Origin: Eledone cirrhosa
Taxonomy: Eukaryota
DNA length: 64,000 nt
Assembly: GCA_964016885.1 (NCBI GenBank)
Contig: OZ024747.1
Span: 53,878,001 to 53,942,000 of the forward strand
Direction of reading: 5' to 3'
Part shown: positions 12,771 to 27,308 of the stretch, piece by piece
Numbering within the stretch: position 1 is the first letter of the stretch
How the letters are laid out: every line of letters starts with the position of its first letter
Program-made: the position numbers and the translations under genes
The notes under the pieces: generated by a model
The model's input: only the letters and a program-made list of their open reading frames with translations
What the model was told of the DNA's origin: nothing
Database searches by the model: none

Positions 12771-13433
12771 AGACTCACAATGCTGCACATAAACACAACA
12801 CTAAATGACCAGACATTGTAGTATTGTAATTTACTATAACTCCACTTCCTCCTTCTCTTCTTTACACATCTCACATTCCTACTCACCACCCTCTATCCCG
12901 TCATGCACCACATCTTTCTCCTCATCCATTTCCTACTAATTTGCTTCATCTTTTTTTCCTTTTTTCTCCTTTTCCATTTTCCTTCTTCTCAAATTTGTCA
13001 GTAAAACATTTTATTTAATTATTTCAATTTATAATTCAACCAACTCTTCTTTTATTTTCTACTTCTGATTCAACATCAGCAGAAGTTCTTGCAGCATCTA
13101 TAAGTATGAGAGAAAAGATTCTGTCCAATGCATAATGTGCAGTGTTTAATATGCAGTGTGCAATGTGCATACATGATGCAGATGTCTGTACTATGAAACA
13201 CCAAGTGAACTAGTTAACACCTGCCATATGTAGTAATGTACTAAAAGTGAAGTGTTGGAAGTAATGCAAAGATGAGGAATGTGCCACATCACATCTGCAA
13301 GTGATTGTTGAGAGTGGAGAGCAGAGGTGGCTGGCTGGTTGGTGTGTGGACGAATATTATAGTAAATTGGAGGGGGAGATTTAATTCAGTTATGTATATA
13401 TTTTTACATGAATTTGTAGGTGAATATATTTGT

Positions 13434-13467
<34 letters not shown>

Positions 13468-13471
13468 AAAT

Positions 13472-13648
13472 AATTGTTTCTACTTTAGGCACAAGGCCAG
13501 CAATTTCCCAGTACTTTATTTTATCGACCCCTGTAAGGATGAAAGGCAAAGTCAACCTCGGCGGGATTTGAACTCAGATTGTTAAGGGACGTAACTATGC
13601 TGGAAAGCATGGCGTCCGACCCTCTACCGATACTGACAATCCACCGCC
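13472..13648 (-). mobile_element. SINE family 1
   Basis: Full-length reverse-complement match. Confidence 0.9.
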
Positions 13649-13797
13649 TTTATAAAGCTATATAAATTATAGCTTTAAAGAATTAGCTTTTAATGAATTC
13701 CCTTTTCTATCAACCAATGACCTCTACCCATCCCACTCCCTACCCTCTCCTACCACCTGAAGAGACCTATAAATACCATATTTATTTTTTGATACCC

Positions 13798-13850
13798 AGA
13801 TTCCTGATGATTTCTAAAGAATGAAACAGTGTTCTAGTCCTGTAGAATCT
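13798..13850 (+). ncRNA. Type I hammerhead ribozyme motif (family D)
   Basis: AGATTC CTGATGA tttctaaagaat GAAA CAG tgttctagtc CTG TA GAATCT; 6-bp stem I, GUA site; followed by (TA)n. Confidence 0.8.
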
Positions 13851-13862
13851 CATCTATATTAA

Positions 13863-13921
<59 letters not shown>

Positions 13922-13955
13922 TAGGTATAGATCTGTATAATTTGCATTATTGTAG

Positions 13956-14320
13956 GGCGGTGGATTGGCAGTATTGGGAGAGGGTCGGACCCATGCTTTG
14001 ACGTATAGAGTTACGGCCCTTGCCATTCTGAGTTCAAATCCCGCCAAGGTTAACTTTGCCTTTCATCCTTACGGGGTCGATAAAATAAAGTACCAGTAAT
14101 GCACTGGTTAATTGCTGGCCTTGTGCCTAACGTAGAAACAATTATTGCAGTGTGCATATACACATGTATACATACTTTAGAAATGTACTCCTGATATCTA
14201 TTATATGAGTTCAAATCCCGCCGAGGTTAACTTTGCCTTTCATCCTTACGGGGTCGATAAAATAAAGTACCAGTAATGCACTGGGTAATTGCTGGCCTTG
14301 TGCCAAAAGTAGAAACAATT
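13956..14320 (+). mobile_element. Two SINE family 1 copies (13956-14143 full length, 14206-14320 truncated)
   Basis: Sequence match; flanking duplications attattg(t/c)ag and attatatg. Confidence 0.9.
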
Positions 14321-14519
14321 ATATGTGTTAAAGACCTCCATATATAAACATACATTCACTAACAACTATATATAGTAATAAATCTATATGTAGATATAAT
14401 TGTGTGTGTATGTCTGCCCATATATGGTTGGTTCTTTATGACTGCAAATATATAAATGTTCTTACATATTTTTATGCATGCATAATTTTTTTATACATAT
14501 TTATAGGTATATATCATAA

Positions 14520-14630
14520 AGGTTAGGTCACCTGCACCCATAAATTCCCATGGGTAGCCAGTCCTGAACTCTTCTGTTATAGCTTGCAGGAAGATGATAA
14601 ATAGGATAGGGCTAATAACAGAGCCCTGAT
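14520..14630 (-). mobile_element. RTE-type reverse transcriptase fragment
   Basis: QGSVISPILFIIFLQAITEEFRTGYPWEF. Confidence 0.8.
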
Positions 14631-16384
14631 ATGCGCACGTGCGTGTGTGTGTGTGTGTGTGATGATTGTATATATATATATATGTATAGATACATCCATA
14701 CATACACACATTATTTGTAACAAAAGTAAATGTACCTACTTCAAAATGTACAAAGCAATTATTATTCAACTGAACATATCTAAACTAAGGTTTCACAAAG
14801 CAGCTCCACATTACAGTAATATATAATAGTGGCTTTGGCACCAAGTTTAGCGAGAGAGAGTAATCTGTATCAAATTTAAAAACAAACATTAACTGGTTTA
14901 ATCCTTCCTATATCTCAACTGTGTCCTCAAATATAGCAGGAGAATGTTTACACTCTCCATTACACCCTTTCCTACATCACGTACATTTTACAATATATTT
15001 ATCAAAACTTCTGTTAAGGTATTTATCGTTTTACTGGCTTACAAATGCTAATCACAATAACAGTTCTATAGACACCAGAAAAACAACCTATCCTAGATGC
15101 AGTTGTAGTGACATGACTGTATGCTCTCTGCCCAGAACAGGCCTCTCAATAGAAATATTATATTGACCAGACATAGAATCAGCAGATAATGCCATAGAAA
15201 TGTGTATTGGATATGACCAAAACAACTTTAAGATTACATATTTATGGGGTGTCCATTTGTTTAGGTTTACGAATAAGTTTAACATGATAGTTCTTGTGAT
15301 GTCCTGTAACAAAAAGAAAGGCATACAGCATTTGGGGCAATCTAAATCATCATCTTTATCAACATTTAACTATCATCCTCATAATTCTATTGAAGTAAGC
15401 AGAAAAAATACATATGTATGACATATCATTGCACGATTTTATATTCTCAGGTTGTTAAAAATAGTAGCTAAATATCCTTCCTGTTACATCATACAATCTT
15501 TATGCGGTAAGGATATCATGGAAAAGAAGCATTTTGTGATAATTACAACATTTGGAATGGTTGTAAATATGTCTTTAGACCCTAGGTTTACTAATTCCAG
15601 TTTGGTATGAAACAAAGCCACAAAATTAACATTATCAAAATTCAATCATAAAAATCATCATCAACATAATTGCTTTGTATTAGTTTGTGAACAATCTTTT
15701 TCTTCGTTTTTCTTTTTTTAATATGAAATTATTTCTCATTGGCTTATGCATTACTGTTTCATTTCTTAGTACAAACTATAACAGTTAAACAATTATATTT
15801 GTTTTCTACAGTTATTTTAATCATTTAATTTAGCTTATATATATGCTGTAACCACAGACAAATTCTGTTTCAAAGATTCTGTCTTCTCATCAGTAAATAA
15901 ACAACAATCTGAAGGAGCTGGTGAAGGAATTTTTGAAAGAATTACTAAGTTTTTTTCTTTGGTACTTTTTTCTGTAAAGAATGAATACAAAAAAATGTAT
16001 AGTTTTTTCATTCATCATAAAAAATTCTCTCAATATAGTTCAATATAAGTCTTTTATTTTGACTAAAAAGTTTTCTCCCTTTTGGTTTCTGATTGTTTTT
16101 CTTTTTCTATTAATGATAAACAAAAGAAATTATACAGCTATTCTCTATTATTTAATTTTTTATATCCAACAATCTGAAAAGCAGACATTTAATGAAATAT
16201 ACTGAGTTCTGTATGATCTACTTGTTTGTGTTTAATGGTAGCTTGGTTTTCATTTTCTTTGATTAACATTGAAGAAAGGAAAAAAACAATTGAGGATGTT
16301 AAATTTTTTAAGATGAAGTATTTAACAGGGTATCTATAGCTCTTCCTGTTTATGTTTTTTAGCCACAGGTCAGATCTTATATAA

Positions 16385-17480
16385 TCATCATCATCGTTTA
16401 ATATCTATTTTCTACACTAACATGGGTTAGACAGGTTGTCCCATTTGAGACAAGTTGGGTCAGGTGATTGTGTCTTGCTCATACAGAACTGTTTCTGGCT
16501 TGGTTTCTATGGCTAGATGCCCTTCCTAATGCCAACGAAATTTACAGTGTGTACTGGGAAGTTTTTGTTGAAACACCTACACACACACACACACATATAT
16601 ATATATTTACACACACACACACACACACACAGACACACACACATATATATATATATATCATTATCATCATCATTTCACCTCTGCTTTTCCCTGCTTGCAA
16701 GAGTAGGATGGGTCGTTTTCAGCATAGCATCTCTCCATTTGTCACGGTCCTTATTCATCTTCTCTGCGAGCTTCAACGATCTAAGGTCAGTTCTCACCAC
16801 CTCCACCCATGTTTTTCGTGGTCTTCTTCTACTTTGTCTTCCTTCCACTGGGATTTCTTGGCACTTCTTTACCGAGTAGTCATCATACATGTGCATCACA
16901 TGGCCATACCAACACAGTATTCTTTCATGCACACTACAGATTATTCCTCTTATCCACAGTTTTCCTCTAAACTCATCCATGTTTGGTTGTTCATGCACTG
17001 GAGTAGGCTTGCTTCATTTCTCTCCAGCCTTTTCTTATCCAACACAGTTGCTGCCTATGTTTCACTACTGTACAGCATCGTGCATCTCACACAGGCATCA
17101 TGCAACCATCCTTTCATTCACAAAGAGAAACCCTTCGTTGTCACCAGAGGAAGCAACTCCCTAAACTTCTTCCATCCTGTCCTTATTCTAGATACTATGG
17201 CCTCAGAGCATCTTCCTCCCTTGCTAATTTGATCCCCCAGATATCAGAAGCTATCAACCACCTCTCAAGATCCTACCTGCATTTGAAAAATGTGTCTATC
17301 ACTGACACTTCTACCATCAATTTTCCCTGAACATCAACTACTTATGAAGTTTTCCTTTCCTGTTAATTTGTCTGCTTTCCCACTACACCTCTTGTGTATC
17401 CAAGATCTGCATAGTGTACATTCTATAGAGTTTAAACCAACTCCTTCTCTACATATTGTGCATGGCCATTTCCCTGATGG
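16385..17480 (-). mobile_element. Decayed RTE LINE 3' portion and tails
   Basis: ILCWYGHVMHM..VEGRQSRRRPRKTWVEVV..DRDKWR; upstream segment resembles YLGDQI..RIRTGWKKFRELLP. Confidence 0.85.
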
Positions 17481-18175
17481 AATCAGAATCTTGTCTTCTT
17501 TCCTACTTATCAATATTATATACTTATCGTATATATATGATCAATCTGTCCACCCTATGACAATAACTAAAATGGTGATAATGATGATGATGATGATGGT
17601 GATGATGGTGATAAAACATGCATATATACGAGTGGGGCATGACTGAATGGTTAATAAGTTCACATATACACACACACAAACATAAACACATACATACACA
17701 CATACATAATTACAGACACATACATACATAATTACATACACACACATAGATACAAACATACATACAACATCATACCATAATATATAACATCCATACAACA
17801 CCTTAGAGCAAAACAAGGTCATTTCTAACTAATAGACCCTGTGTAATATTTACACACAATGTCAGCTCCAATCCAGAAAACTTCTCTAGTTTATATTTCT
17901 AACCATCCAGAACCATCTAGAAATATTAACATCAAATCACAACGATAATGCAAAAAACACTTTAACGCAAATGCGTATTAATCTTAGAAAAATATGTATT
18001 TATTAGTTCCGTCATCATCATCATCACCACCACACCCACCATCATCATCATCATTATCATCATCATCATCATCATACTTGTCTGTTGTGATATTTCAGAA
18101 AGACCCTCTGACCAAAGATTTAGATATCGAATCATATGTAGCCACAACCATTTACATACATGTATGTAAAATATA

Positions 18176-18234
<59 letters not shown>

Positions 18235-18241
18235 ATGTATA

Positions 18242-18288
<47 letters not shown>

Positions 18289-18394
18289 ATGTATATATAT
18301 GTATATATATATATATATATATATGTGTGTATGTATATATGTGTGTATATATATATATATATATGTGTGTGTCTGTATATATGTGTGTGTGTGC

Positions 18395-18506
<112 letters not shown>

Positions 18507-18517
18507 ATATTTATATA

Positions 18518-18554
<37 letters not shown>

Positions 18555-18571
18555 ATGTATATATGTGTGTG

Positions 18572-18604
<33 letters not shown>

Positions 18605-18615
18605 GTATATATATA

Positions 18616-18658
<43 letters not shown>

Positions 18659-18671
18659 GTGTGTGTATGTA

Positions 18672-18744
<73 letters not shown>

Positions 18745-19207
18745 AGATGTGTGAGTGAGTGCATATGTGAGTATGATGTGATATCCAGTCTAAGTCCCAT
18801 ATATTATACAATATCCTACAACCGCTGAAGGATATCATTCAGTACATCACATAGAAATTTATACTACAGGATATAGCCAAAAGTTGTTAGTAATTGCTTT
18901 TAGCAACCACACTTCTGATAAACTGAATGTAAAAATTATTTCTTTTACTTTCTTATTTTGAATTTTTTTCTCTGGATTATATGTTACTTTTTTTGACTGA
19001 TATTTGTTTTGTTTGATATATTTTCTATGGGGGCTTAGCGTATCTTTTCGCTAACCTGCCAACTGAAAATGTATGATGATGACAAAGATGATGATATTCG
19101 TGTGTGCGTGTGTGTGAGTGTGTGCGCGTGTGTGTGTGTGAGTGTGTGTGTGTGTGTGAGTGTGTGTGTGCGTGTGTGTGTGTGTATATATATATATGTA
19201 CATATAT

Positions 19208-19303
<96 letters not shown>

Positions 19304-19379
19304 TATATATGTATATATATATATGTACATATATATATACATCATCATTATCGTTTAATGGCCATTTTTCCTGCTACTA

Positions 19380-19441
<62 letters not shown>

Positions 19442-19483
19442 TGTATATATATATGTATATGTATATGTATATATATGTATATA

Positions 19484-19549
<66 letters not shown>

Positions 19550-20383
19550 TGTATATGTATATATATGTATATGTATATATATGTATACATATATATATGT
19601 ATATATGTATATGTATATATATGTATATGTATATATATGTATACATATATGTATATATGTATATGTATATATATGTGTATATGTGTATATGTATATATAT
19701 GTGTATATGTATATATATATGTATATATATATGTATATATATGTATATATATGTATATATATATGTATATATATATATGTATATATATGTATGTGTGTAT
19801 ATATATATGTATGTATGTGTATATATATATATATACATATACACACATACTTTTTTGTTATGTTTTTGTAAGAGAAATTTAGCGTATCTTTTCCCCAAAC
19901 TGACAGCTGAATGAATGAAATATTGGGAACCCTAAGTCATTTAATCGAAAAGACGCTTGCTGAAAGAATTGCATATTGATTGAAATAATAATAATAATAA
20001 CAATAATAATAATAATAAATATAAATATGTAAAAGTTATTCATTATCAGCATCATATTTGTCATCCTCAGCCCCTCCAATGTTTTCCTTCTTAAGTATAT
20101 ACTAGTCATAACCATAACTTGATTATCCAATATGTCGATTCATTTTTAACATGATAGAGTTTGATTTGAGGGAAATTTCAGCAACTACATCTAACAGGCT
20201 GATGAACCTCATAGAGTGTTGGTTCCTTATCTATAATAATCTAGTGCCATTTTCTTAGCTATTTAAATATAAATAAATAATCAAAGGAGCTCACTTAACA
20301 TTTGTGGACATATTCTTCTGTGTTTTCTTAACAGTAAATCTTGTGTTGTGGACTTCACATAGCTCACAGCTTATATCATGTTT

Positions 20384-20643
20384 CAGTGTTTCCCAACGTT
20401 TTCCTTACCAAAGATCTATTCTATTTAAATAAAGTTTCCTCTTGGACATCGTCTAACAGATCTATACTATTCCTCTCCCAGAATGTTATGAGGTAACAAC
20501 AATCAAAAGAGAAAAATATTTATATTTAGATATCTTACAGTTTGTTTATATTGTTTTTACAATTGCTGAATTTAGCTCAGAGATCACAAATATTATCTTT
20601 GTGGATCTTTAGGGTTCTGTGGTCCCCATGCTGGGAACTACTG
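20384..20643. mobile_element. hAT-type MITE
   Basis: TIR-like ends cagtgtttcccaac / gctgggaactactg; no TSD seen. Confidence 0.55.
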
Positions 20644-21149
20644 ACATAAGCTCTGCAATTCTAAAAAAATGGATGTGGCTTACATAGGCATAAAGTTTTG
20701 GATAATGAAAGGTTGTAAACTATGCTGCAGGTCAATAGTAAAATATATGAGAAAGAATACTCAATTCTTGCTTGCCCAAAAGTATTTTCACAGTTGGTGC
20801 CAGCAGACAGAATGGAGGAAACTTTGTAGATGAGCAAATATTGAAACTTCAATTTCACACGAAAAGTAAAATGTCTAATATTTTGTACAGTTGTCCGTCT
20901 TTGGAGTGAAAAAAAAATACTGTGACCAATGTAAATATTGGGTAGCCTGGAGAAATTCACATCCAACATCTTACAAGAGTTTAGATTTCATATGCTATGC
21001 AGTTCTTTATTTGGTATTCCAATCAGATTTGAGTTCTTGAAAATGTCTTGGGGAATGACCCCCCCCCCCCCCCTCCCCAGACTAACAATAAAAAGGAATA
21101 TTTTACAGATTATTAAAATATCCAAATTTTAAAAAATCATCTTCACAAC

Positions 21150-21710
21150 TTTTTCAGAGTCACACCAGAAACCCCTTTAGTTTACAATATTTTCAAAAAT
21201 CATACCACAGCTTAATATAATTCATGATACTTTCAGAACTACATCATAACCCAATTTGTTTTGTGCCCCATTCAGATTATGTTATGACTCAAATTTAGTT
21301 TGCGAATCTTTCAGAATTATTCCATAACCTAATTTGATTCACCACCCTTGAAAATAAGATGACCTAATTGGTTTCATGACTTCTTCAGAATTATAACATG
21401 ACGTAATTAGTTTCATGACTTCTTCAGAATTATAACATGACCTAATTTGGTTCATGACCTTGTTAGAATAGTACCATGACCTAATATGCTTTGTAACCTC
21501 ATGTGAATAATGCCATGCACAAATTTAGTACACAAAACTTTCAGAATAATATGACAAACCCAAATTTTGCTCACAATCTCTTTGGAATAACAGTATGACC
21601 AAATACCAATCATGACCTCTCTTCCAAAATTTACTATGACCCAATTCTGTTTATGACATCAGAATTATACTAATACCTAATATGGTTCATGCCCTCTTCA
21701 AAATTATACC
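21150..21710. repeat. Degenerate tandem repeat of about 39 bp
   Basis: ttcagaattataacatgacctaatt..ttcatgac recurs, with a clear 39-bp period at 21372/21411. Confidence 0.8.
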
Positions 21711-21729
21711 AATATATATATATATATAA

Positions 21730-22508
21730 GCCACTCTACCTGGCATTTGTCTATCTGGACAAAGCCTTCAACAGAGAGCCACGTGCTATAATCTGGTGGG
21801 TTCTTAGAAAACTAGGAATAGATGAATAGCTTGTAAAAGCTGTACAAGCCATGTATAGGGGAGCAGTCAGCAAAGTTAGGGTTAACAATGACTATAGCGA
21901 GGAATTTAGCATACAAGTCGGTGTCCACCAGGGCTCTGTTCTTAGCCCTCTCCTGTTTATTATAGTATTATAATAAACAGGAGAGGGCTAAGAACAGCCT
22001 ATAACAGAGGATGACAGCTGCATAAAAAGGTGCAGAGCACTAGAAGTCGATGGAAGCCTTGGAGTGGGGAAAACCAAGAAGACCTGGGATGAGGTGATAA
22101 AAGCCGACCTTACCCAATTGCACCTCTCAAAGGTGATGACACAGGACTGTGACCTCTGGCGTCTACAGTAATACAGAAGACCCGACTTCCCACGAGTACA
22201 AATCGAAGCTGAAGCATATAGACAATATGCCCCCACCCCCTCCCACTGCAAAGTGGTCGTGGAGGTGTCACGACAAAAAAACACCCAGCCCACACTGTAA
22301 AGTGCTCGTGTAGGCACCATGGAAAAAAAAGCACTCAGCACTGACTGTAAATGAGGTTGGAGTTAGGAAGGGCATCCAGCTGTAGATATCAAGCCCAAAT
22401 CAATTCCTGTATGAGTAAGACAAGGTTACCCGACCTGGCACTGCCCACAACAGGACAACCCATCCAATCCATTCTAGCGTGGAAGAATGGATGTAAAACG
22501 GTGATGAT
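21730..22508 (+). mobile_element. RTE LINE remnant: RT fragment fused to the 3' end
   Basis: LYLAFVYLDKAFN..GVHQGSVLSPLLFIIV, then KKTWDEVIKADL and the RTE tail. Confidence 0.9.
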
Positions 22509-22524
22509 ATATAATGTGTATGTG

Positions 22525-22648
22525 AGTCCCAGGTTCAATTGGGCTGTAACCACAGTTAGTAAGGTACTCAATACATTAGCACAGTGTAAACATCAAGTTT
22601 AATATAGATACGACTTCTACAGAGCTAGAACTGTTTCATCCAAAAGAT
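22525..22648 (-). mobile_element. Family D fragment (hammerhead 3' half)
   Basis: Reverse complement gaaacagttctagctctgtagaagtcgtatctatattaaa matches 13823-13863. Confidence 0.7.
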
Positions 22649-22654
22649 ATATAT

Positions 22655-22999
22655 CATCATTTCATCATTTCATTTTACGTCCGCTTTTACCCTGCTTGCA
22701 AGGATGGGACGGGAACTGATTCTGGCTTGATTTCTACAGCTGGATGCCCTTCTTAACACCAACCTCATTTACAGTGAGGGCTGGGTGCTTTTTTTGCTGT
22801 GGCACCTCCACGACCACTTTGCAGTGGAATGATATGGACCCCATTCCCTATCATCTCATTCCTACAGCTGAGTAAACTGGAGCAATGTGAAATAAAGTGT
22901 CTTGCTCAAGGAAACAACACATCACCCGGTCTGAGAATTGAACTCACAACCTTTCGATTGCAAGGCCAATGCTCTAACCACTAAGCCATGTGCCTCCAT
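22655..22999 (-). mobile_element. CORE-SINE with RTE-derived tail (SINE family 2)
   Basis: tRNA head tggcttagtggttagagc..gagttcaattc; CORE-like ccttgagcaagacacttt..cagtttactcagctgta. Confidence 0.9.
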
Positions 23000-23125
23000 A
23001 TGCATCTATATATACTGAAAACATGACTGTGTTCTTGTCTGTTCTTTTTTTTTAAAGAATTGATCATATTTCCATAATTTACCTTTATAACTGGTCTGGA
23101 ATATAAAGATTCCGAAATCAATATG

Positions 23126-25400
23126 TCATCACAAAAGGTGCCCAGCCCACACCGTAAAGTGGTCGTGTAGGTGTCATAACAAAAGGTGCCCAGCCCACAC
23201 AGTAAAGTGGTCGTGTAGGTGTCATAAGAAAAGGTGCCCCCGCTCACACTGTAAAGTGGTCATGTAGGTGTCATGACAAAAGGTGCCCCCGCTCAGACTG
23301 TAAAGTGGTCGTGTAGGAGTCATAACAAAAGGTGCCCCCGCCCACACTGTAAAGTGGTCGTGTAGGAGTCATAACAAAAGGTGCCCAGCCCACACTGTAA
23401 AGTGGTCGTGTAGGAGTCATAACAAAAGGTGCCCAGCCCACACTGTAAAGTGGTCGTGTAGGTGTCATAACAAAAGGTGCCCACACTCAGACTGTAAAGT
23501 GGTTATGTAGGTGTCATAACAAAAGGTGCCCAGCCCACACTGTAAAGTGGTCATGTAGGTGTCATAACAAAAGGTGCCCCCGCTCAGACTGTAAAGTGGT
23601 CATGTATGTGTCATAACAAAAAGTGCCCACCCACACTGTAAAATGGTCATGTAGGTGTCATAACAAACAGTGCCCCCGCTCAGACAGTAAAGTGGTCATG
23701 TAGATGTCATAACAAAAAGTGCCCAGCCCACACTGTAAAGTGGTCATGTAAGTGTCATAACAAAAGGTGCCCCCGCTCAGACTGTAAAGTGGTCATGTAA
23801 GTGTCATCACAAAAGGTGCCCCCGCTCAGACTGTAAAGTGGTTATGTAGGTGTCATAATAAAAGGTGCCCAGACCTCACTGTAAAGTGGTTGTGTAGGAG
23901 TCATAACAAAAGGTACCCAGCCCACACTGTAAAGTGGTCGTGTAGGTGTCATAACAACAGGTGCCCAGCCCACACTGTAAAGTGGTCGTGTAGGAGTCAT
24001 AACAAAAGTGCCCAGCCCACACTGTAAAGTGGTCGTGTAGGTGTCATAACAAAAGGTGTCCCCGCCCACACTGTAAAGTGGTCATGTAAGTGTCATCACA
24101 AAAGGTGCCCCCGCTCAGACTGTAAAGTGGTTGTGTAGGAGTCATAACAAAAGGTGCCCAGCCCACACTGTAAAGTGGTCGTGTAGGAGTCATAACAAAA
24201 GGTGCCCAGCCCACACTGTAAAGTGGTCGTGTAGGTGTCATAACAAAAGGTGCCCTCACTCAGACTGTAAAGTGGTCATGTAGGTGTCGTAACAAAAGGT
24301 GCCCCCGCTCAGACTGTAAAGTTGTCATGTAGGTGTCATAACAAAAAGTGCCCAGCCCACACTGTAAAGTGGTCATGTAGGTGTCATAACAAAAAGTGCC
24401 CCCGCTCAGACAGTAAAGTGGTCATGTAGGTGTCATAACAAAAAGTGCCCAGCCCACACTGTAAAGTGGTCATGTAGGTGTCATAACAAAAGGTGCCCCC
24501 GCTCAGACTGTAAAGTAGTCATGTAGGTGTCATAACAAAAAGTGCCCAGCCCACACTCTAAAGTGGTCATGTAGGTGTCATAACAAAAGGTGCCCCCGCT
24601 CAGACTGTAAAGTGGTCATGTAAGTGTCATCACAAAAGGTGCCCCCGCTCAGACTGTAAAGTGGTTGTGTAGGTGTCATAATAAAAGGTGCCCAGCCCCC
24701 ACTGTAAAGTGGTCATGTAGGTATCATAACAAAAGGTGCCCTCGCTCAGACTGTAAAGTGGTCATGTAGGTGTCATGACAAAAGGTGACCCCACTCAGAC
24801 TGTAAAGTGGTCGTGTAGGTGTCATAACAAAAGGTGCCCCCGCTCAGACTGTAAAGTGGTCATGTAGGTGTCATAACAAAAAGTGCCCAGCCCACACTGT
24901 AAAGTGGTCATGTAGGTGTCATAACAAAAGGTTCCCTCACTCCAACTGTAAAGTGATTGTGTTGGTGTCATGACAAAAGGTGCCCAGCTCACACTGTAAA
25001 GTGGTCGTGTAGAGGTCAAGACAGAAAGTACCCAGCCTACACAGTAAAGTGGTCGGGTAGGTGTCATGACAAAAGGTGCCCAGCTCACACTGTAAGGTGG
25101 TGGTGTAGGTGTCATGACAAAAAGTGCCCAGCCCACACTATAAAGTGGTTGTGTAAGTGTTACAACAAAATGTGCGCAGCCACACTATGAAGTGGTCTTG
25201 TAGATGTCATGACAAAAAGTGCCCAGCACACACTGTAAATGTGGTTGGCATTAGGAAGGGCATCCAACCATAGAAACCAAGCCAAAACCAGTCCTGTATG
25301 AGGAAGTCATGGTTCTCCAATCTCAAAATGGGGCAACCCGTCTAACCCATGCTAGCATGGAAAATGGACGTTAATGATGATAATGATGATGATGATGATG
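23126..25400 (+). repeat. 48-bp minisatellite (about 44 units) running into an RTE 3' tail
   Basis: Unit GTCATAACAAAAGGTGCCCAGCCCACACTGTAAAGTGGTCGTGTAGGT; tail at 25240-25400. Confidence 0.95.
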
Positions 25401-25655
25401 ATCATCATCATTATGCTATTAGTAAAGCTTCCATCAGTTGAACAATAAAGATGTGGAGCTAAAGATTCCAATGCTTTGCCAGACTTCTGGATCGAGGAAT
25501 GCTGTAGTTTAAAAAACAAAAAGAAAGAATTAATAAAGAAATATTTTGAAAATCCAGAAAAAAGAACAACTTTGAATATAGTGAAGTTTTTTAATATAAC
25601 TTGTCTGAAGGGAATAGTGTCCCTTGTATTGAAGGAAGGCATTTAAACACATACA

Positions 25656-25690
<35 letters not shown>

Positions 25691-25864
25691 TTATACACAT
25701 GTTTATACACGCATTTTATACACATATTTATACACGCATGCACACGCACACATATATACACTCATGTATACACAGACACACATATACTACATAGATTTAT
25801 ACACACATGCACACATACATATATATATATATATATAAATACACACATATATTTATACATACAT

Positions 25865-25913
<49 letters not shown>

Positions 25914-25967
25914 CTCACATATATTGAAATTATAATGTTAAATTAGTTTAGTCAGAGGATTTTTTGA

Positions 25968-26047
25968 TATTACCCACTCTACTACCCCAAGTATTGAGTA
26001 CTCTGGTGTGTAATAGTCTAACTGGTTTTTACCACCTCCATTCTGAT
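25968..26047 (+). mobile_element. Family B 3' fragment
   Basis: tattacccactctactaccccaagtattgagtactctggtg. Confidence 0.75.
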
Positions 26048-26072
26048 ATATATATATATATATAAACAATGA

Positions 26073-26114
<42 letters not shown>

Positions 26115-26141
26115 CATACATACCCCACACATTTATCTATA

Positions 26142-26179
<38 letters not shown>

Positions 26180-26209
26180 CATACATACCCCAAACATTTA
26201 TCTATATGC

Positions 26210-26256
<47 letters not shown>

Positions 26257-26445
26257 AATATGACTAAACTATTTTAATATTAGAATTTCAAATGAATTTT
26301 TTTCAATTGTTTCAAAGAAATTCTTTCAGTTTCTATTTTTTTCCTTTGTTTTAATCCAGGAATATGTGAAATATTTTTTTACATTATTCATTTCAAGTTG
26401 TACATTTCCATATGTATATATATGTATATATATAATATCCATTTA

Positions 26446-26492
<47 letters not shown>

Positions 26493-26952
26493 TTATATGA
26501 ATATATAAATATATAAATATATATATATATATCCATATACTTATATGAATATATAAATATATATATATTATATATACTTATATATATATACATATAGATA
26601 GATTTACTCACTTATATATATGTGTGTGTGTATATGCATATATTTAAGTGTCTATCTTGAAAACAAGGGGAGATTAAAGAAAAAATAAATAAATTTAAAC
26701 TGAAGTAATTTGACTATTTTTTGCCATGGTGAGAATGAAAAAGAATTGTTCTAGAGAATTCTTGAATCACTTACCATAATAATTTCTTGACAATTTATTT
26801 TGAGAAATATTTTTTTCAATTTACCTCCCTATAATAAAATTTATTTTTCTATTTTTATCCAATTTTAATTTTATTTTCTTTAAAAAAATATATTTTTGTC
26901 TTTTTCAATCTCACTTCATTTAAAATGTATGTGTAAATGTAAATGTGCACAC

Positions 26953-27085
<133 letters not shown>

Positions 27086-27249
27086 GAGAGAGAGACAGGG
27101 ATAAATACTTCATATAAATATGAATTTAAATATATTCATTTATAATCATACACACAAATGCACACATATTTACTTTCATATTTATATATATACATGCACA
27201 CTCACACACATACACACACACACATATATATATATAGATAGATAGATAG

Positions 27250-27308
<59 letters not shown>

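Noticed and set aside
16468-17232. 254-aa plus-strand ORF
   Set aside because: It is an antisense read-through of an RTE remnant and microsatellite.
23126-25240. 48-bp array as a CRISPR array
   Set aside because: There are no unique spacers (only two recurring variants) and no cas genes, the context is eukaryotic, and the unit derives from a retroposon tail.
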